Source: an uncultured Candidatus Binatia bacterium
Lineage (GTDB): Bacteria > Desulfobacterota > Binatia > UBA9968 > JAJDTQ01
NCBI GenBank assembly: GCA_965215605.1
Contig: OZ244070.1
Span: 1,120,001 to 1,184,000 of the forward strand
Direction of reading: 5' to 3'
Length of the DNA: 64,000 nucleotides
Shown here: positions 17,445 to 26,531 of the stretch, one piece after another
How positions within the stretch are numbered: position 1 is the first letter of the stretch
Layout of the letters: each line of letters begins with the position of its first letter
Notes under the pieces: model-generated
The model's input: only the letters and a program-made list of their open reading frames with translations
Databases searched by the model: none
What the model was told of the DNA's origin: nothing
Translations under genes and position numbers: made by a program

Positions 17445-18437
17445 CTAAAGCCCCAGGAAACGCAGGCAGTTGGCGGACGACACCCACTCGCGCTCCTCGG
17501 CGGTGAGGTTCAACTCGTTGAACTCGTCGTCCGGCGACTGTTCCCGGAACATGAACGGATAGTCCGAGCCGATGACCACCTGGCTCGCGCCGACCGTGTC
17601 GATGAGATAACGGACCGTGCGATTGTCGAAGAACACGTCGTCGTAGAAGAACATGCGGGCGTAATCCGAGGGCTTCCGGGGCATGAGCGCGTGGAATCGG
17701 GGATTGTTGTGCCACGCGTTCTCCAGGCGCGGCAGGAGCTGGGTGAAGGTGCCGCCGCCGTGGCTGAAACAGAGCCGCAGCCCAGGACAGGCTTCCATGA
17801 GGCCGCCGGTGACCATGCTGGCGATGCCCAGGGCGCCTTCCAGCGGGAACGCCACGATGTTCTCGATGAACGGCGGCCCGGTCACCCGGTCCATGAAGGT
17901 GACGTGCTGGGCGTGGACGAAGATGGGCACGTCCAACTCCTCGGCGGCCTTGAAGAAGGGCAGGAACTCGGGCTCGCCGAGGCTCTTGCCGTTGACGTTG
18001 CTCAGCAACTCGACGCCGTGGAGTCCCAGGGACTTGACCCGCCGCAGCTCCGCGGCGGCGAGGTCCACGTCTTGCAGCGGCACCGAGCCCAGAGCGTAGA
18101 AGCGTTCCGGCGCCTGGTCCACCATGCGCATCTCCACCTCGTTCAGGTAACGCGCGAGGTCGAGTCCGTCCCGAGGATCCAGACGGTAGGCCAGAAGTTC
18201 CGGCATTGGCGACAGCACCTGGCGGTCCACCGCGTAGTCCGCCTCGGCCATCTCCCGCAGACGCCGGGGCACGGACCAGCAGCGGTCCAGCACGGTGCGG
18301 AAGTTCCGGCCCGCGATCATGACGTTGGCGGTTTCCGGCCCGGTGTGGTCCATGGAAGGCCAGCGGTTGCCGGCGGCGCGATTCCCCACCGGAGGGAAGT
18401 GTTCGGGCACGATGTGGGTGTGAACGTCGATGACCAT
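17445..18437 (-). CDS. Amidohydrolase_2 family (ACMSD-like decarboxylase)
   Basis: IDVHTH, QVLSPMPELL, PIFVH, HGGG, GSDYPF. Confidence 0.88.
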   Translation of the reverse strand: MVIDVHTHIVPEHFPPVGNRAAGNRWPSMDHTGPETANVMIAGRNFRTVLDRCWSVPRRLREMAEADYAVDRQVLSPMPELLAYRLDPRDGLDLARYLNEVEMRMVDQAPERFYALGSVPLQDVDLAAAELRRVKSLGLHGVELLSNVNGKSLGEPEFLPFFKAAEELDVPIFVHAQHVTFMDRVTGPPFIENIVAFPLEGALGIASMVTGGLMEACPGLRLCFSHGGGTFTQLLPRLENAWHNNPRFHALMPRKPSDYARMFFYDDVFFDNRTVRYLIDTVGASQVVIGSDYPFMFREQSPDDEFNELNLTAEEREWVSSANCLRFLGL

Positions 18438-18497
18438 TAACGAAACTCCCGATGGGTAATTGAACGGCGATCCACTATTTCGAAATTCAGGGTCCGG

Positions 18498-19787
18498 TTA
18501 CGCGGCATCGGGCTGGGGCGGGGCGATGATGAACAGACTCAGGAACCCGGATATCACCAGCGTCACGGCAAAGAGCGCGAAGGAAACCGTATAGCTGCCC
18601 AGCCAGTCGAAGAGAAAGCCGAAGAACGGCGGCCCCAGCGCCGCGAACCCGTGGATCAACAGGAAACCGAGGCCGCGGATGCTGCCCATGGACAGCCGTC
18701 CGAAGAACCGCGCCCACATCAGATCGGGCAGCACCATGTTACCACCGAGCCCGACCCCGTAAAAGAAGAAGCCGGCGTACACCAGAGCCAGCGAGTCGGA
18801 CGTGATGGCCAGGGTCAGGCCGGCCGCCTGGATCAGGAACTTGACCAGGGTGGCCCGGCGCACGTCCGCGCGCTCGGCGATCAGGCCCCAGACCAGCGGT
18901 GAGGCGAGCTGGGTCAATGCGATGATTCCCATGATCCCGGCGGCACCGTGAGGCGAGTAACCGAGGTCCGTGACATAGGGGAACACGTGCAGGTTGAGGC
19001 CGGTGACGCCGACGGACGACACGCCGAAAACCGCGACGATGAGCCAGAAGGCGCGGGTTCGCAGCCCGGCCTTCCGGCTCCAGATCCGGTCCTCGGCAGC
19101 GGCCCGCGCAAGCGGCCGCGCCGCCTCACGCTGGGCCACGACCTCGGGATGCAATCCGTCGGGATGGAGTCCCATGTCCTCGGGCGAGCGCCGGATGTAG
19201 ATCAGCGCCGGAGCCACGAGTAGCACGGTCAACCCACCGAACAGCGCCCAGGTGTGGCGCCAGCCCAGCGACACCAGCAGCGACGCCACCAGGAACGGCA
19301 TGACGATCTTGGCGAACCCGATCCCCATGCTGGAGAACGCGATGGCGCGGCCGCGCTTCTGGATGAACCACCGGCAGATCATGACGTTGATCACCATGTA
19401 ACCGAGCAAGGCATCGCCCACGGTCACAAAGGTCCAGCGCACCAGCACGAAGTGCCAGAAGACCTCGGCCTGGCTCAGCAGAAGATAGCCCACCGCCGCC
19501 ACCAACGCTCCCACGGTCACGAGCCATCGGCTGCCGTGCCGGTCCACCAGCGTCCCCACGACAGGCGCCATGGACGCGCTGATGATCCCCTCGCCCGAGC
19601 GTAGCAGGGAGAAGACACCGCGGGACACGCCCAGATCCGCGGCAAGGGGCTTGAGAAAGATGCTCAGGGTGCTGGCCAGGGCGAAGGAGGAGGTGACGTT
19701 GGCGATGAACCCGACGGCGACGATGTACCAGCCGTAGTAGATCCGGCCCGGTGCATGTGCGCGGTGTGTTGAACCGCCTGTGATCAC
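18498..19787 (-). CDS. MFS transporter
   Basis: About 12 TM; GTLVDRHGSR motif A; YYGWYIV N-terminus. Confidence 0.9.
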   Translation of the reverse strand: MITGGSTHRAHAPGRIYYGWYIVAVGFIANVTSSFALASTLSIFLKPLAADLGVSRGVFSLLRSGEGIISASMAPVVGTLVDRHGSRWLVTVGALVAAVGYLLLSQAEVFWHFVLVRWTFVTVGDALLGYMVINVMICRWFIQKRGRAIAFSSMGIGFAKIVMPFLVASLLVSLGWRHTWALFGGLTVLLVAPALIYIRRSPEDMGLHPDGLHPEVVAQREAARPLARAAAEDRIWSRKAGLRTRAFWLIVAVFGVSSVGVTGLNLHVFPYVTDLGYSPHGAAGIMGIIALTQLASPLVWGLIAERADVRRATLVKFLIQAAGLTLAITSDSLALVYAGFFFYGVGLGGNMVLPDLMWARFFGRLSMGSIRGLGFLLIHGFAALGPPFFGFLFDWLGSYTVSFALFAVTLVISGFLSLFIIAPPQPDAA

Positions 19788-19900
19788 CTGTCACGGGTAG
19801 CAGGGTTTGCAGGTGATAGGAAGCGCGGCGGCGGCAACTGGACCGGGGCAAAATGGACCCGACGGCCGGTTTGGTGTAGATTCCCGGCACGTCCGCAAAC

Positions 19901-20830
19901 ATGGAAAGGGAGACCCACATGCGTGTATTGATTACCGGGGCCGGGTTGATCGGCTCCCACGTGGCCGCGGAACTGGTTTCACGCGGCGATGAGGTGACGT
20001 TTTTCGACGTGGTGGCCAAGCCCGACTACGTCCGGCACGTCACCGGCAAGGACCTGCCGCTGATTCGGGGCGACATTTGCGATCTGGCGGCGTTGATGGA
20101 CGCCTTTCTGACGGTCAAGCCCGAGTGCGTCATCCACCTAGCCGCCTCTGTCGGAGAGTCCAACATCCCCAACCTCTATGCCGGGTTCCAGGTCAACCTG
20201 GTGGCCACCCTCAACGTGGCGGAAGCCCTCCGGCTCGCCGGCGTAGGGCGGCTGGTGCATGCCAGCACCCAGGCCGTGTATCGGGACGCCGACGCCGGAG
20301 AGTTGCTGCGGGAAGACTCGCCCCAGGACGGCCGCGGCCGGGTGTACAACTCCTCGAAGGTGGCGTGCGAGCACGTGCTCAGGACCTTTGCGGCCCGACA
20401 GGCCTTCGAGCTGGTCATGTTGCGCTTCGCTGGCGTGTACGGGTACCGGGCGGTAGCCGGAGGCCCGGGGGTAGCCGTGCAGCAGGCCGTCTGGGCTGCC
20501 ATGGCCGGCGAGGACGCGGTGCTCAACGCCTACGAGACCGTGGACTTCGTCTACGTCAAGGACCTCGCCGACGGCATCGCTCGAGCGGTGCACGCCACGC
20601 CGCTCTCCCACGACGTCTACAACCTGGGCAGCGGCACGCTTACCACCGCGGAGGACGTGGAGGCGGCGCTCCACGCGATCTTCCCGGACATCCGCCTCAG
20701 CCGGGGGACGCTTACGCCGGCGCGGCCCCGGATGGACATCACCCGGGCCGGGAACGAGCTGGGCTACGCGCCCGAGTACAAGCTCGAGGCGGGCCTGCGG
20801 GACTACATCGCGGAGTTGAACCGGGAGTGA
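19901..20830 (+). CDS. NAD-dependent epimerase/dehydratase
   Basis: [23 protein letters not shown]; the start may be 19919. Confidence 0.88.
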   Translation: MERETHMRVLITGAGLIGSHVAAELVSRGDEVTFFDVVAKPDYVRHVTGKDLPLIRGDICDLAALMDAFLTVKPECVIHLAASVGESNIPNLYAGFQVNLVATLNVAEALRLAGVGRLVHASTQAVYRDADAGELLREDSPQDGRGRVYNSSKVACEHVLRTFAARQAFELVMLRFAGVYGYRAVAGGPGVAVQQAVWAAMAGEDAVLNAYETVDFVYVKDLADGIARAVHATPLSHDVYNLGSGTLTTAEDVEAALHAIFPDIRLSRGTLTPARPRMDITRAGNELGYAPEYKLEAGLRDYIAELNRE

Positions 20831-20884
20831 CGGCGTAGGATCGGCACCTCCTCACCCCGGCGGACCGTCACCCCCGGCGCCCCG

Positions 20885-22564
20885 TTACGCGACGCTCCGC
20901 GTGGCGGCGGCCTCGGTCAGGGTCGTGGTGGGGGAGACGTACTCCAGATCCGTCAGCACCTCGATGAGGGCGGGGCCGGGGGCGGCCAGGGCCTGCTTCA
21001 ACGCTGGCAGGAACTCTTCATCGCGGCTGACCTTGATCCCCAGGGCGCCGTAGCCGTTTGCCAGGGCGGCGAAGTCGGGGTTCACGAGGTCCGTGCCGTA
21101 GTTCCGGCCCGGGTACTGGGCCTCCTGGTCCATGCGGATGGTGCCGTAGGAGCCGTTGGCGTACACCATCACGATGATCTTCACGCCGTACTGGCGGGCG
21201 GTGGCGATCTCCTGTCCGGTCATCAGAAAGCCGCCGTCGCCCACGTGGGCGATGACGGTCCGTTCCGGATGGGCCAGCTTGGCGGCCACCGCGCCGGGGA
21301 CCCCCGTGCCCATGCTGCCCAGGCTGGGGACGATGTAGGAATCGGCGTGGTCGAACTCGAGGTAGCGCTGCACCCAGCCGCCGAAGCTCCCGGCGTCGTG
21401 GGTGTGGATGGTATCCGGCGGCACGGTGGCCTTGATGTCCGCCATGACCCGCTCCATGGAGACCGCGCCGGTGGGGCGCTCGGGTGGCGTCGCGTAGCGC
21501 CGCTGCCGGGCGTGGTAGTCGGCGATCCAGGCGGCTCGGGCCTCGTTGGGGCCGAGGGCCTCGTATGCCAGCGCCGCGGCCAGCGTTTGTGCCGGGTCCG
21601 CGTTCAAGGCCAGGTCCGGACGGAAGTTCTGCCCGATATTGCCGGCGTCGGCGTCAATCTGAATGGTCGCCAGCCCGGAATGGGGCAAAGTGTAACCGCC
21701 GGAAACCTGCTGGTTGAACCGGCACCCCACGATCAGCAGGAGGTCGGCTTCGTCCCGCACGATCTGCTTTGCGTGGTTGTTGCGGCTTCCGAGATTGCCC
21801 ACGTAGTGAGGATGCGTGTTGGGAAACACGTCCTGGCGCTTGAACGCGCTCAGCACCGGCATCTGGAACTTCTCGGCAAAGGCCACCAGTCCGTCGCGGG
21901 CGCGGGCGTACTGGGCGCCCGAGCCCGCCAGCAACACCGGCTTCTCCGCGCGGTTGACCCGTTCCACCATTTCCCGGACCAGCTCCGGATCGGGGCTGGG
22001 ACGCACCGCGGGGTAGGACTCCACCATGGTGATGTCCGCCTCCTCCTCCAGCATGTCCCTGGGGAGCGAGACCACCACCGGCCCCGGGCGGCCCGACCGC
22101 GCCACGTGGAACGCCCGGGCCATGATGCGCGGCACTTCCCGCGGGTCGTTGATCTCGATGACCCACTTGGCGATGCTGCCGAAGAAATGCGTGTAGTCGA
22201 TCTCCTGGCCGGACTCCTTGCCCCGGTGCGCCCGCGCCACCTGCCCGATGAGCAGGATCAACGGGGTCGAGTCGTACTTGGCCAGGTGCACCCCGATGCT
22301 GGCGTTGGTGGCGCCGGGGCCGCGAGTGACCATGCACACGCCCGGCGCGCGGGTGGTCTTGCCGTAGGCCTCGGCCATGAGGCAGGCGCTGCCCTCGTGC
22401 CGGTTGGTGACGAGAGTGATCTCGGGTACATCCCTCAACCCGTCCAGCAGGGCGATGTAGCTCTCGCCCGGCACGGAAAAGGCGTGGCGCACCCCTTCGT
22501 TGCGTAGCGACCACGCCACCGCGTGGCCACCCGACATCCTGCGGCTCTCTTGATCGACGCTCAC
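20885..22564 (-). CDS. Thiamine pyrophosphate-dependent enzyme (ALS large subunit-like)
   Basis: VPGESY, RHEGSA, TRGPGATN, GDGGFLM...NGSYGTIR. Confidence 0.92.
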   Translation of the reverse strand: MSVDQESRRMSGGHAVAWSLRNEGVRHAFSVPGESYIALLDGLRDVPEITLVTNRHEGSACLMAEAYGKTTRAPGVCMVTRGPGATNASIGVHLAKYDSTPLILLIGQVARAHRGKESGQEIDYTHFFGSIAKWVIEINDPREVPRIMARAFHVARSGRPGPVVVSLPRDMLEEEADITMVESYPAVRPSPDPELVREMVERVNRAEKPVLLAGSGAQYARARDGLVAFAEKFQMPVLSAFKRQDVFPNTHPHYVGNLGSRNNHAKQIVRDEADLLLIVGCRFNQQVSGGYTLPHSGLATIQIDADAGNIGQNFRPDLALNADPAQTLAAALAYEALGPNEARAAWIADYHARQRRYATPPERPTGAVSMERVMADIKATVPPDTIHTHDAGSFGGWVQRYLEFDHADSYIVPSLGSMGTGVPGAVAAKLAHPERTVIAHVGDGGFLMTGQEIATARQYGVKIIVMVYANGSYGTIRMDQEAQYPGRNYGTDLVNPDFAALANGYGALGIKVSRDEEFLPALKQALAAPGPALIEVLTDLEYVSPTTTLTEAAATRSVA

Positions 22565-22783
22565 CGGTTCACCCCCGACCTTTCTCGGACTTCACGGTTT
22601 GGTGCATTCGAGGCCGAGCTTTCGGTGTGCTGGAATTCATGGCCGTCCTCCTGATCGTGCGGCACGCGTTGAATCCCCTAACGCATTTGTTGCCGTGGGG
22701 CAAGGAACGAAAACCGGTTTTGCGGCCGGCCAGCCCTCTTCCGTTGACTCCGGCAAGGGTTCCCAACTATTGAATCGACCAGC

Positions 22784-23210
22784 ATGCACTCTGCCTTTCT
22801 GGACCGCTACATCGAGTTCACGTTGCGCCGCCGATGGCTGGTCCTCGCGTCGTCCGCGGCGGTCATGCTGATTCTGACGGCCGGCCTCCAGTTCATCAAC
22901 ATCTCCAACGACTGGCGCGACATGCTGGACGAGGACAATCCTCAACTGGTTGCGTACGACGCCCTGGAGGATACCTATACGGCGACCAATGCGGCGGTGA
23001 TCGCGTTGGCGCCCAAGGGGGGCTCGGTCTTCACCCGGGAGGCCCTCGGCGCCATCGAGGAGCTGACCGAGGCCGCGTGGCAGGTGCCCTGGTCCAGCCG
23101 GGTGGACTCCCTCACCAACTACAACCACAGCGAGTCGGTCGACGACGACCTGAACGTCGAGCGGCTCGTGGACGGCGCCGAATCGCTCAGCGATGAAGAC
23201 CTCGCGCGAG
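22784..23210 (+). pseudogene. MMPL/RND family transporter, 5' fragment only (about 142 aa)
   Basis: N-terminal TM plus periplasmic start (DNPQLVAYDALEDTY...RVDSLTNYNH); coding character ends at ~23210, where the antisense of another gene begins. Confidence 0.8.
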
Positions 23211-23671
23211 CTGCACGTCACGTAATCGACCATGCCGTCGAGCCCCGCCTCGCGGTTCAACGTTCTCGCCTTCTCCAACTGGATCGCATTGTTGTTGATC
23301 CCCACAACCCTGGCGCCGGACTCATTGACGACCCGGCGCATCGGGCCGCCGATCCCGCAACCGACGTCGACCACGGTCATGCTCTCTCGCAACTCCAGCT
23401 TGGCGATCATCAACCGTTGATGCCGGACAATGGAGTCCTCCAGGCTCTCCTGCGGTGTCAGCGGCGCAAAGTGCAGGGATTCGCTCCAACCCCACACCAT
23501 GAACTCGCTGCAGAGGTCATAGTAGTCCTTCACCGTTTCGGTATGGTCGTACCCCCTCGCGGACTCCGGCGTCGCCCGGTCGATCCAGCCGTCGAAGTGT
23601 TGCACGCGACGGCTCACGTTCGACCCGTGGTACGCCTGCTTGAGCGCGTTTGACAGTTTGCCGAATTGCAT
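23208..23671 (-). pseudogene. Sterol C-24 methyltransferase (ERG6/SMT)-like SAM methyltransferase, 5' fragment (about 154 aa)
   Basis: VKDYYDLCSEFMVWGWSESLHFAP (SMT region I-like), VVDVGCGIGGPMR (SAM motif), VVGINNN; truncated after VDYVTCS. Confidence 0.8.
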
Positions 23672-23862
23672 ACGGTTTGCCCTCCCCCACCTCGGATTCC
23701 TGGTTTCTCGGACAGGCTCCCACGCGGGCCTTAGCCCAACTCGTCGGTCTGGGGGTTGAGTGAATTCGTACCACCGGCCCGACGGCTGTGCTAGATTGAT
23801 GGCAAATTTGATAAGCAACATTCTCGTCAGGAGGGGAGACAAAGGCTCTCTCGACAGACGGC

Positions 23863-24918
23863 ATGGCGACCCGGCAACTCAGTCTGCCGGAAGAGCTTCT
23901 GTTGATGCTCTTCAACGGAGAGTCCGGCTACTTTCACCAGGTGCCCGGGTGGGACCTGAACTGCGCCGCCGTCGGCGCGATGCTCGCGGAGTTGTCGCTG
24001 GTATCCCGCATCGACACCGACATGGAGTCCATGATCCTCCTGGACCGGACAGAGGTGGGCGACCCCGTCCTCGACCCCATTCTCAAGGAGATCGCCGAAG
24101 ATCCCGTCCAACGGAACGCCCGGTACTGGATCGAACGGCTCGCTCCACGGGCGGAGTCCATCGTGGACATGACGTTGAACCGTCTTGTCCGCATGAAAAT
24201 CCTGGAGCACCACCAGGGCGACTTCTGGACGTTTTCTCGACCGGCCGGCCAAGCCGCCGCGGCCGCCGGAAACGACGAGGGCACGGCGGTGAAATTCGTG
24301 ACGTCGCGCATCACGAACGTGATCCTCCATAATGAGACTCCCACCCCGAGAGACATCATCATCGTCGGCCTCCTTAATACGTGCGACGTCCTGCGCTTCA
24401 TGTTCCAGCTCGATGACGCATCCGAGGCGCGTATCAAGGTCATCTGCCAGTTGGAACTGATCGGCCGTTCCATCGCCGAGGCGGTGGCTCACAACCTTGC
24501 CGGGCCGCTGCTTCGCCATTCCGCCCTGACCAAGAAGATTCCGGCCGTCCCTTTGCGTAAAGTGCTGCTCAATCCACATGTTCGCAAGGGCAACATCTTC
24601 ATCGCGCAGACCGCCACGCATTACATGAGCGACGTTTTCCCGGAACCTTTCAAATTCGACATCGACCGTTATCTGCCTTCGCGCAACGAGCACCATAGTG
24701 CCGGGTACGCCCCTTACGGGCTGGGCACGCACACCTGTCTCGGCTCCTGGTGGTTGGAACTGCAATTGGCCATCAACGTGCTGATGGTCGCGCATTACTT
24801 CACGATCGAGGTGGCCCCCGCGGACTTCAAGTTGCGGTTCAATCCCCTTCCGTCGATGAAGCCCAGCAAGAAGCTGCAATTCCGCGTGTCCGAACAGAGG
24901 CGTGAAATTCGCGCCTGA
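23863..24918 (+). pseudogene. GPP34/GOLPH3-like domain fused to a cytochrome P450 with a large in-frame internal deletion
   Basis: LSLPEELLLML...GAMLAELSLVSRID (GPP34-like); only about 106 aa of P450 C-terminus (FPEPFKFDIDRY, YGLGTHTCLG); no I-helix or ExxR. Confidence 0.72.
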
Positions 24919-24981
24919 CGCGTCATCGCCGCTCCCCCGCACCTGGATCCTGCGACGTTCGCCTAATCGAAAGGAAGCAAC

Positions 24982-25665
24982 ATGCCGGATGGAATCGAAC
25001 AGCTCAACGAGGACATCATCGCGGCCGCCAGGATCCTGAGCCGTGAGGGGCTGGTGCAGGGATTCGGACACGTGAGCGCGCGGATTCCGGACTCGGACCT
25101 GTTCGTGATCACGCCGCGGGTCGCCCTGGAACTGGTGGAGCCCGGACAACTGGTGGTGATGAATCTCCAGGGCCAGGTGCTGGAGGCGCCGGTGCCGCCG
25201 TCCTTCGAGACCGCGCTCCACACGGCCATCTTCAACGCCCGGCCCGACGTCAACGCCATCGCGCGGATCCACGCGAGGACCGCCAACATGTTCTCGGTGA
25301 CGGACACCCCCCTGGAAGCGGTGCACAACCACGGCAGCTTCTTCAGCGGCGGCGTGCCGGTATTCAGGACCATCGACCTCATCTCCACCCGTGAACTGGG
25401 CGAAGGCGCGGCCGCGGCGCTGGGGGATGCGGCCGCGGTGCTGTTGCAGGGGAACGGCCAGGTGACGGTGGGGAGGACCATGCCGGAAGCGGTGATGATG
25501 GCCATCTACCTGGAGGAAGCGGCGCACGTGCTCTATGGCGCCATGCAGATAGGCACGCCGCGTTTCCTCCCCCGGGAAGCCGCCGGCTCCCGGCAGAAGG
25601 AGGCCCTGCCGCCGCCGGACATGGAACGCGCCTGGAACTTCTTCAAGAGCCGGGTGGGGATGTAG
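24982..25665 (+). CDS. Class II aldolase/adducin family protein
   Basis: GFGHVSARIP, ETALHTAIFNARPDVNAIARIH. Confidence 0.9.
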   Translation: MPDGIEQLNEDIIAAARILSREGLVQGFGHVSARIPDSDLFVITPRVALELVEPGQLVVMNLQGQVLEAPVPPSFETALHTAIFNARPDVNAIARIHARTANMFSVTDTPLEAVHNHGSFFSGGVPVFRTIDLISTRELGEGAAAALGDAAAVLLQGNGQVTVGRTMPEAVMMAIYLEEAAHVLYGAMQIGTPRFLPREAAGSRQKEALPPPDMERAWNFFKSRVGM

Positions 25666-25686
25666 CCACTCTCCTTCTCCCCGCCC

Positions 25687-25714
25687 CTGGATTCCCGCTT
25701 TCGCGGGAATGACG
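25687..25714. repeat. REP-like palindromic element, family A (minimal form)
   Basis: CTGGATTCCCGCTTTCGCGGGAATGACG. Confidence 0.8.
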
Positions 25715-25727
25715 TTTCCGAAACAAG

Positions 25728-25764
25728 AACGCCATGCCGGCGACAACGTCGGCATGGCGTTTTG
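25728..25764. terminator. Likely bidirectional intrinsic terminator
   Basis: AACGCCATGCCGGCG-ACAA-CGTCGGCATGGCGTT followed by TT, between convergent genes. Confidence 0.65.
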
Positions 25765-25784
25765 ACTTCAAACGGCTCCGGAGA

Positions 25785-26492
25785 TCAGCCGGCGAACTCG
25801 ACGTCGAGCTTGGCGGTCTCCCCGTCCTTGACCTCGACTTCCTTGGTCTGCGTGCCGAGCTTCTCGTGCCAGATCTGTACCTGGTATTTGCCGGCGGGCA
25901 CGTCGGTGAGGCTGAAGGCGCCGTCCTCGCCGGTGACGCTGTAGTAGGGATTGCCGGCCACGAAGATCCAGCCGCTCATCCAGCCGTGGACGTCGCACTT
26001 GACTTCCATGATCTCCGGCTTGTCGAACTTCACCTTCAGCTTTTTCTTGAACTTGGGCTGCGCCCGGTTCATGGGCTTGTTGGTCTTGCTGTAGGTGTGG
26101 ATGTTGTGCAGCACCTTGTCCGGATTGAGGATGGTGACGTCGGCGCCGGCGGCGACGGCCAGGACGTGCGGTTGATACACACAACCGTTCTGGTCCAGGG
26201 TGACCCCTTTCTTCTCCAGCTTCTGGCCGCCCTTGACCTCGGCGATGTACACCACCACGTTCTTCAGCTTACCGTCCTTGACCACCAGCGACTCGTCGAA
26301 CTTGGGCGACTTGTCACAGCGCTTCTTGTCCTTGGTGACCTTGAGCTTCTTCGGCTCCGGGGCGGTGCCCTTGAAGAGCACGGCGCCGGAGATGGTGCCG
26401 CCGGCGGCGAAGGCGCTCTGGTAGGCGCCCAAGGTCAGCGTGACGGTCATCACGAGTGCCGATGCGGCGAGCAATGAAAACCTGCGGTTCAT
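25785..26492 (-). CDS. Exported carboxypeptidase-regulatory-like / cupredoxin-like protein
   Basis: Signal peptide; DQNGCVYQPHV, LHNIH, KCDVHGWM, WHEKLG. Confidence 0.85.
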   Translation of the reverse strand: MNRRFSLLAASALVMTVTLTLGAYQSAFAAGGTISGAVLFKGTAPEPKKLKVTKDKKRCDKSPKFDESLVVKDGKLKNVVVYIAEVKGGQKLEKKGVTLDQNGCVYQPHVLAVAAGADVTILNPDKVLHNIHTYSKTNKPMNRAQPKFKKKLKVKFDKPEIMEVKCDVHGWMSGWIFVAGNPYYSVTGEDGAFSLTDVPAGKYQVQIWHEKLGTQTKEVEVKDGETAKLDVEFAG

Positions 26493-26531
26493 ATCAGTCT
26501 CTCCTCTTGCCGAATTGTCCATGGTTTCAGG

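Noticed and set aside
22637-23842. 401-aa and 289-aa overlapping ORFs as genuine antisense-overlapping genes
   Set aside because: Both are chimeras created by the deletion junction at ~23208.
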